Positions 26,664 to 32,000 of a DNA stretch of 32,000 nucleotides are shown piece after piece. Position numbers and translations under genes: made by a program. Numbering within the stretch: the stretch's first letter is position 1; every line of letters starts with the position of its first letter. The notes beneath the pieces are model-generated. The model had not been told where the DNA came from and did no database searches. It saw only the letters and a list, made by a program, of their open reading frames with translations. Source of the DNA: Horticoccus luteus (GTDB lineage: Bacteria; Verrucomicrobiota; Verrucomicrobiia; Opitutales; Opitutaceae); assembly GCF_019464535.1 (NCBI RefSeq), contig NZ_CP080507.1, positions 1,890,001 through 1,922,000 on the forward strand, given 5' to 3'.

Positions 26664-27092
26664 TCAAAGCAGATTCTTGGGGCCAAACGCGGCAGGCAAG
26701 AGGGCGCTGAGGGTCGTTTCGATTCTGTCGGGTCCGTCGCAGATACTGATCACGAGGGCATCGGGCCCAAACTCGTTGATAACCTGACGGCATGCGCCGC
26801 AGGGTGTGGTCGGCGCGGCTGTCGGCGTATAGACGACCACTGCGTGGACAGAGCGCTCGCCAGCGGCGGCGGCGCTGAAAAGGGCGGTGCGCTCGGCGCA
26901 ATTGCACAGTCCGTAGGAAGCGTTTTCGACATTGCAGCCGTGAAAAATCCTCCCCGAGTCCATCAAAACGGACGCACCGACGCGGAACTTTGAATACGGT
27001 GCGTAAGCCGCTGCGGCAGCCGAGCGAGCCGTCGACTCGAGTTCGTGCAGAAGAGCGGAGTTCAAGGGCGAATTCATGGCGGTGCGGGGCAT
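26664..27092 (-). CDS. cdd: Cytidine deaminase
   Basis: Zinc motifs CAERTALF and PCGACRQVI. Size is about 140 aa. It starts 3 nt after the kbl stop on the same strand. Confidence 0.9.
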   Translation of the reverse strand: MPRTAMNSPLNSALLHELESTARSAAAAAYAPYSKFRVGASVLMDSGRIFHGCNVENASYGLCNCAERTALFSAAAAGERSVHAVVVYTPTAAPTTPCGACRQVINEFGPDALVISICDGPDRIETTLSALLPAAFGPKNLL

Positions 27093-27095
27093 TGA

Positions 27096-28325
27096 TTAGA
27101 GACCGAGTTCGCGATGGGTTTCGGCGAAGGCGTTGATCGCGAATTGGAGATCTTCGCGGCTGTGCGCGGCGCTGACCTGCGTGCGAATGCGGGCGGCCCC
27201 TTGCGGGACGACGGGGTAGAAAAAGCCGATCACGTAGACTCCTTTTTCGAGCATGCGCGCAGCAAATTTCTGCGAAAGAGCAGCGTCGCCGAGCATCACC
27301 GGCGCGATGGGATGAGTGCCAGGTTTGATCGTGAGGCCGGCGGCGGTCAGTCCGGCGCGAAAAAAAGCCGTGCTCGTTTCGAGTCGATCCCGCAATTCGG
27401 TGGAGCGGCTGATGAGGTCCAGCGCCGTCAGGGTGGCGGCGGCGATCACCGGGGCCAGCGTGTTGGAAAACAAATACGGGCGGGATCGTTGGCGCAGGAG
27501 ATCAATGATTTCCCTGCGTCCGCTGAGGTAGCCGCCGCTTGCTCCGCCCAAAGCCTTGCCGAGCGTGCCGCTGATCAAATCGATCCGCTCCACTACGCCA
27601 CAGTGTTCATGGGTGCCGCGGCCCGTCCGCCCCATGAAGCCCACCGCGTGGCTGTCGTCGATCATCACCAGCGCGCCATAGCGGTCTGCGAGTTCGCAAA
27701 TCTCCTTCAGCGGAGCGATAAATCCATCCATGGAAAACACTCCATCGGTGACGATCAGTTTGAAACGCGCCCCGGCCGCGTCGGCTTCGCGCAACTTCGC
27801 CTCCAGATCCTCCATGTCACGATTTTTGTAACGGTAGCGCTTTGCCTTGCAGAGGCGGATGCCATCGATGATCGAAGCGTGATTCAGCTCGTCACTGATC
27901 ACGGCATCCTCGGCCGCGAGGAGAGTTTCAAACACACCGCCGTTGGCATCGAAGCAGGACGAGTAGAGGATCGTGTCCTCCGTGCCGAGAAACGCGCTGA
28001 GGCGGGCTTCCAGTTCTTTGTGGATTTCCTGCGTGCCGCAGATGAAACGCACCGACGCCAGACCGTAGCCCCAGCGATCGAGGGCGGCGTGGGCGGAGCG
28101 AATGACATCCGGATGATCAGCGAGGCCCAGATAGTTGTTGGCGCAAAAATTCAAAACGCGGCGGCCTTCGGCGGGCGCCTGACCGGCGACGGGCAGCGCG
28201 CCCGCAACGTTGACGGCGATTTGCGCGCCTTGTGGCGTCGCAATGAGGCGTTCGCGCTTGAACAAACCGGCCGCCTCGATGCCGGCGAGTGTGCTTTGGA
28301 GGTGCTGCCGAAACGTCGAAGTCAT
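27096..28325 (-). CDS. kbl: Glycine C-acetyltransferase (2-amino-3-ketobutyrate CoA ligase)
   Basis: Collinear with Kbl from its N-terminus (…[10 protein letters not shown]…[14 protein letters not shown]…). It has DDSHAVGF and the PLP lysine in [10 protein letters not shown]. The start is at [10 protein letters not shown] (28325), and the upstream extension is rejected. Confidence 0.95.
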   Translation of the reverse strand: MTSTFRQHLQSTLAGIEAAGLFKRERLIATPQGAQIAVNVAGALPVAGQAPAEGRRVLNFCANNYLGLADHPDVIRSAHAALDRWGYGLASVRFICGTQEIHKELEARLSAFLGTEDTILYSSCFDANGGVFETLLAAEDAVISDELNHASIIDGIRLCKAKRYRYKNRDMEDLEAKLREADAAGARFKLIVTDGVFSMDGFIAPLKEICELADRYGALVMIDDSHAVGFMGRTGRGTHEHCGVVERIDLISGTLGKALGGASGGYLSGRREIIDLLRQRSRPYLFSNTLAPVIAAATLTALDLISRSTELRDRLETSTAFFRAGLTAAGLTIKPGTHPIAPVMLGDAALSQKFAARMLEKGVYVIGFFYPVVPQGAARIRTQVSAAHSREDLQFAINAFAETHRELGL

Positions 28326-28473
28326 GCGGGTAATTATGCCGAGGCGGGACGATCCCGAAACAAAAATCCTACCGGGTTGGATCGCGTTGAGCGAATCATT
28401 CGACCGCATCGCGCGCCGGCGACGCACGGGTTCCGCCGGCATCAGGCGGGCGCGGAGCGTGGCGCGCGCGATC

Positions 28474-29499
28474 TTACTCCCAGCTCAGCACAATTTTCCC
28501 GCTCTTGCCGGAGCGCATGAGATCAAAGCCTTCCTGGAATTCGGTGAACGGCAGGCGATGGGTGATCACGGGCGAGATATCGAGTCCGCTCTGAATGAGG
28601 GCGGTCATTTTATACCACGTTTCATACATCTCGCGCCCGTAGATGCCTTGGATCGTGAGCATGTTGAAAACGACCTTGTTCCAGTCGACGGCGGCGGCGG
28701 CAGGCATGATGCCGAGGAGGGCAATGCGACCGCCGTGCGCCATGTTGTCGATCATGTCGTTCAACGCGCGCGGATTGCCGGACATCTCCAGGCCAACGTC
28801 GAATCCCTCCTTCATGCCGATGGACTTCTGCACTTCGGCGAGAGTTTCCTTCGATACGTCCGCCGTGCGGGTAGCGCCCATCCGCTTCGCGAGGGCGAGC
28901 CGGTCGGGGTTGACGTCGGTCACGACGACTTTGCGGGCGCCGGCCTGTCGGGCGATCGCGGCGGCCATGCAGCCGATCGGGCCAGCACCGGTGATGAGCA
29001 CGTCTTCGCCGACCAGATCGAATTGAAGGGCCGTATGCGTGGCATTGCCCAGCGGATCGAAGCAGGAGAGCACGTCGAGGGGAATCGCGGGATCGACCAG
29101 CACGGCATTGCTGGCCGGAATGCAAAGATACTCCGCAAAAGCGCCGTCGCGGTTCACGCCAACGCCTTTGGTGTCCTTGCAAAGGTGACGGCGGCCGGCG
29201 AGGCAGTTGCGGCAAACACCGCAGACAATATGGCCTTCGCCGTCGACAAGATCGCCCCGCCGGAAGCCTTGCACGTTGGCGCCCACCTCTTCGATGACGC
29301 CGACAAACTCGTGGCCGATCACCATGGGCGGTTTGATCGTTTTTGCGGCCCACGAATCCCAGTTGTAGATGTGCACGTCGGTGCCGCAGATCGACGTGCG
29401 TTTGACCTTGATCAAGACGTCGTTGATGCCGGGCGTGGGCACCGGAACTTCAGTGAGCTGCAAGCCCGGACCGGGCGTGAGCTTGGCGATGGCACGCAT
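28474..29499 (-). CDS. tdh: L-threonine 3-dehydrogenase
   Basis: Zn-ADH fold: [37 protein letters not shown], and the C-terminal GKIVLSWE. The start at MRAIAKL aligns with the MKALSKL-type N-terminus. Alternative starts lie at 29514 and 29532. Confidence 0.93.
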   Translation of the reverse strand: MRAIAKLTPGPGLQLTEVPVPTPGINDVLIKVKRTSICGTDVHIYNWDSWAAKTIKPPMVIGHEFVGVIEEVGANVQGFRRGDLVDGEGHIVCGVCRNCLAGRRHLCKDTKGVGVNRDGAFAEYLCIPASNAVLVDPAIPLDVLSCFDPLGNATHTALQFDLVGEDVLITGAGPIGCMAAAIARQAGARKVVVTDVNPDRLALAKRMGATRTADVSKETLAEVQKSIGMKEGFDVGLEMSGNPRALNDMIDNMAHGGRIALLGIMPAAAAVDWNKVVFNMLTIQGIYGREMYETWYKMTALIQSGLDISPVITHRLPFTEFQEGFDLMRSGKSGKIVLSWE

Positions 29500-29626
29500 C
29501 GTTTTGGCAGACATAAGTGTGAAAAGAGACACTACGCGGACGCATCATTCTGACAACCGCGAAGCTCGCGATTTTCCCGCCGGCGCGCAGGAATAAGGGC
29601 GGCCGAAGCGAAGAATCAGCGCCGTG

Positions 29627-30130
29627 CTATTCCGACAACAGCTCGGCGCCTTCGAGCGCAAGGAGGCGTGTTTTCGTGCGGATGCCGCCGGGCGCGGAAA
29701 AACCGGTCATGCGTCCACCCGCGCCAACGAAGCGGTGACACGGCACGAGCAAGGGCCACGGATTTGCGCCCAGCGCGGCTCCCACGGCGCGCGCTCCGCC
29801 GGGCGGCAGGTCGAGGGCCGCCGCGACATCGCCATACGTGCGCGTCTGGCCGGCTTTCACGGTCAGCGCGTAGTGGTAAACACGGCGTTGAAACTCGCTC
29901 ACGCGCTCGAAGGCATAGGGCACGTCCGTAGCGAAATCCTGCATCTGGCCGGTGAGATGCTGGCCAACGCGCATCGCCAGTGCGTCCAGCCACGCGGGCC
30001 GGCTGGCGGTTTCCGCGGCGGAATTTTCCACTTCGGCGGTGTCGCCGGGAAGGTGGAAACCTTCGATGCTGGCGGCATTCCAAACGATGGCGCATGTGCC
30101 CCAAGCAGTGGAAAACGCGTAATGCGGCAT
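29627..30130 (-). CDS. ogt: Methylated-DNA--protein-cysteine methyltransferase
   Basis: Active site LVPCHRFVG (PCHR), preceded by the TYGDVAA helix-turn-helix region. Confidence 0.9.
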   Translation of the reverse strand: MPHYAFSTAWGTCAIVWNAASIEGFHLPGDTAEVENSAAETASRPAWLDALAMRVGQHLTGQMQDFATDVPYAFERVSEFQRRVYHYALTVKAGQTRTYGDVAAALDLPPGGARAVGAALGANPWPLLVPCHRFVGAGGRMTGFSAPGGIRTKTRLLALEGAELLSE

Positions 30131-30307
30131 GGTGTGAACCTACGCGAATGAATCTGGGCCGGCCCTTCGGAGAGTTGGTCGACGGCCAGTCGGAAAGCCG
30201 GACGCCGCGCTTGCAGTACGGACGCGATCACAAGAAAGCCCCGGGCTGGCTCTACGCATAAGGGTTTGCATCGTGGCGGGGTTGCCGCTCGTGTCGAAGG
30301 GAATCCG

Positions 30308-31576
30308 ATGGAGAACAGATTCTACAACGCGTTCGATGCCGAGACGTTTGGCGGGACGCGCCGGCCGGACTATCGCAACGCTTTTCAAATCGATCGCGAC
30401 CGGATCATTCACGCGCATGCGTTTCGCAAGCTGCAGTCGAAGACCCAGGTGTTTTTGTCGGGGGAATACGACTTCTACCGCACGCGACTCACGCACTCGA
30501 TTGAGGTGTCGCAGATCGGGCGTTCGATCTGTCACTTCCTGCGGACCAAAGGCGGCGTGATGCAGCCGGATTTCCACATTGATGGCGATCTGGTGGAAGC
30601 GGTTTGTCTCGCGCACGATCTCGGCCACCCGCCCTTCGGCCACTCGGGGGAGCGCACGTTGCAGGAGTTGATGATCGAGTGGGGCGGCTTTGAGGGCAAC
30701 GCCCAGACGCTGCATTTGCTGACGGAAACCATTTTCCAAAACGAATCCGGGGTGCGCGGCATGCGGCCGACGCGCGCGCTGCTCGATGGTGTGCTGAAAT
30801 ACAAAAAGCTGTTCCGCGAATTTCCCCAGCCGCCGTCGAACCATTTTCTGTACGACGCGCAAGAGGTCTACCGGCGCTTCGTCTTTGGCAAGGCGGAGAT
30901 CCCCGCAGCGATGCACGAAGGGGAAACGCTGAACGGCTTCAAAAGCATCGAGTGCCAGATCATGGATTGGGCGGACGATGCGGCCTATTCCATCAACGAC
31001 ATTATCGACGGCGTGAAGGCGGGTTTTCTCACGTTTACTTCCGTCGAAGCCTGGGCGGCGGAGCAGGCCCTCGGCGCCGAGGAGCAGCAGCATCTTGAGC
31101 GGCTGTTCAACGCCATGCGCACGGACCGGTTGGAAGGGATTTTCGGCGCCCGCATCGGACGTTTCATCGAAGCGACCCGTCTGCGCGAACGCGACAATTT
31201 CATGGCGAAGAAGACCAGCCGTTACCGCTTAGAACTCGTGGTGGCGGAAGGGGCGCAACGCGAGGCGCTTTTCTTCAAGCGCATGGCGAACGATATCATC
31301 TTCGAAAGCCCGCAACTGCAGCAGATGGAGCACAAGGCGCGGCGCGTGCTGTGCGACCTTTGGGAATCGTGCTGGCGCAACTACGTCGACAAGGGCGCGC
31401 GGGTGATCAACATCCTCCCGCCGCAAGCAGGACGCTTGATCGATGCGGAGCCGACCAAGGCTGGCAAAGCGCGCCGGATTTGCGACTATCTGTGCGGCCT
31501 CACCGATGGCACGATTGTGCGCACTTACCGCCGGTTGTTTGACCCGGAATTTGGGTCTATTCGCGACTTGAGTTAG
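30308..31576 (+). CDS. dgt: dGTPase-family deoxynucleoside triphosphate triphosphohydrolase (Dgt type 2)
   Basis: FQIDRDRIIHAHAFRKLQSKTQVF, the HD motif RLTHSIEVSQIG...LAHDLGHPPFGHSGE, and DWADDAAYSINDIID. Confidence 0.9.
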   Translation: MENRFYNAFDAETFGGTRRPDYRNAFQIDRDRIIHAHAFRKLQSKTQVFLSGEYDFYRTRLTHSIEVSQIGRSICHFLRTKGGVMQPDFHIDGDLVEAVCLAHDLGHPPFGHSGERTLQELMIEWGGFEGNAQTLHLLTETIFQNESGVRGMRPTRALLDGVLKYKKLFREFPQPPSNHFLYDAQEVYRRFVFGKAEIPAAMHEGETLNGFKSIECQIMDWADDAAYSINDIIDGVKAGFLTFTSVEAWAAEQALGAEEQQHLERLFNAMRTDRLEGIFGARIGRFIEATRLRERDNFMAKKTSRYRLELVVAEGAQREALFFKRMANDIIFESPQLQQMEHKARRVLCDLWESCWRNYVDKGARVINILPPQAGRLIDAEPTKAGKARRICDYLCGLTDGTIVRTYRRLFDPEFGSIRDLS

Positions 31577-31659
31577 GCGAAGCGGGATCGCGGAGGGTAT
31601 GACACGGTTCTGTCCTTGCTAGGCGCGGGTGCGGTCTTTTGGCTGGCGTGAATTTTCTT

Positions 31660-32000
31660 ATGAAGGTTCTCGTCGCCGACAAAATCTCACCCAAAGGAGT
31701 GGCCTTTTTGCGCGCGCAAACAGGCATCGAAGTGATTGAGGCCTATGGCTCTTCCGCGGAGAAAGTGCTGGAGCTCGTCAAGGATGTGCACGCGATTGCG
31801 GTGCGTTCGGAGACGAAGATCACAGCGGAAGTGCTGGCGGCCGCGCCGTTGCTGAAGGTCGTGGGGCGGGCGGGCGTCGGTGTGGACAACGTCGATGTCG
31901 AGGCCGCCACTGAGCGCGGCGTCGTGGTCATGAATACGCCTTCGGGAAACACCATCGCGACCGCCGAGCTGACGTTTACGCACATGCTCTGTGGCGCGCG
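31660..32000 (+). CDS. serA: D-3-phosphoglycerate dehydrogenase, N-terminal fragment running off the window
   Basis: My own translation from ATG 31660 is MKVLVADKISPKGVAFL...VRSETKITAEVLAAAPLLKVVGRAGVGVDNVDVEAATERGVVVMNTPSGN. This is typical of the 2-hydroxyacid dehydrogenase/SerA substrate-binding domain. It is absent from the supplied ORF track because it has no stop within the window. Confidence 0.85.
   Translation, partial: MKVLVADKISPKGVAFLRAQTGIEVIEAYGSSAEKVLELVKDVHAIAVRSETKITAEVLAAAPLLKVVGRAGVGVDNVDVEAATERGVVVMNTPSGNTIATAELTFTHMLCGA

Noticed and set aside
26664-31576. Cytidine deaminase and the dGTPase-family enzyme as possible nucleotide-depletion anti-phage defence genes.
   Set aside because: Both are the standard housekeeping-sized enzymes in housekeeping contexts. 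cdd is the last gene of a tdh-kbl-cdd operon, and dgt lies between ogt and serA. There are no neighbouring defence, mobile or toxin-like genes and no obvious compositional shift.

Overview
A visibly GC-rich, gene-dense chromosomal segment from a diderm bacterium, inferred from Lgt, lipobox lipoproteins and an RND/MFP efflux pair. Shine-Dalgarno sequences are scarce, which fits a Verrucomicrobia/PVC-like organism, but that placement is a low-confidence guess. I support 34 protein-coding regions (two cut by the window edges), one tRNA-Phe(GAA), two intrinsic terminators and one strong sigma-54 promoter. Most genes are housekeeping: gcvT-gcvH-serB-like, tdh-kbl-cdd, serA, hisS, hemW, lgt, erpA, ubiE/menG, hup, ogt, dgt and rpoN. 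I see no CRISPR array, transposase, integrase, phage genes or recognisable defence cassette, and I do not think the window holds an accessory island. The most interesting part is regulatory. A near-consensus -24/-12 promoter precedes a 77-aa two-TM ORF, an NtrC-family activator with an unusual GAFTDA loop, and a HAMP/PAS kinase. Phased direct repeats sit at enhancer distance upstream of that promoter, and rpoN lies about 2 kb away, directly preceded by a Hanks-type Ser/Thr kinase. Next to tRNA-Phe there is what looks like the wreck of a CheR-PAS-histidine kinase gene: a CheR half joined out of frame to a kinase half that lacks its phospho-acceptor His, followed by an intact receiver. The many long antisense ORFs in the track are GC-driven shadow ORFs and are rejected. 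All start codons were chosen by eye from N-terminal homology or signal peptides and may be off by a few codons.
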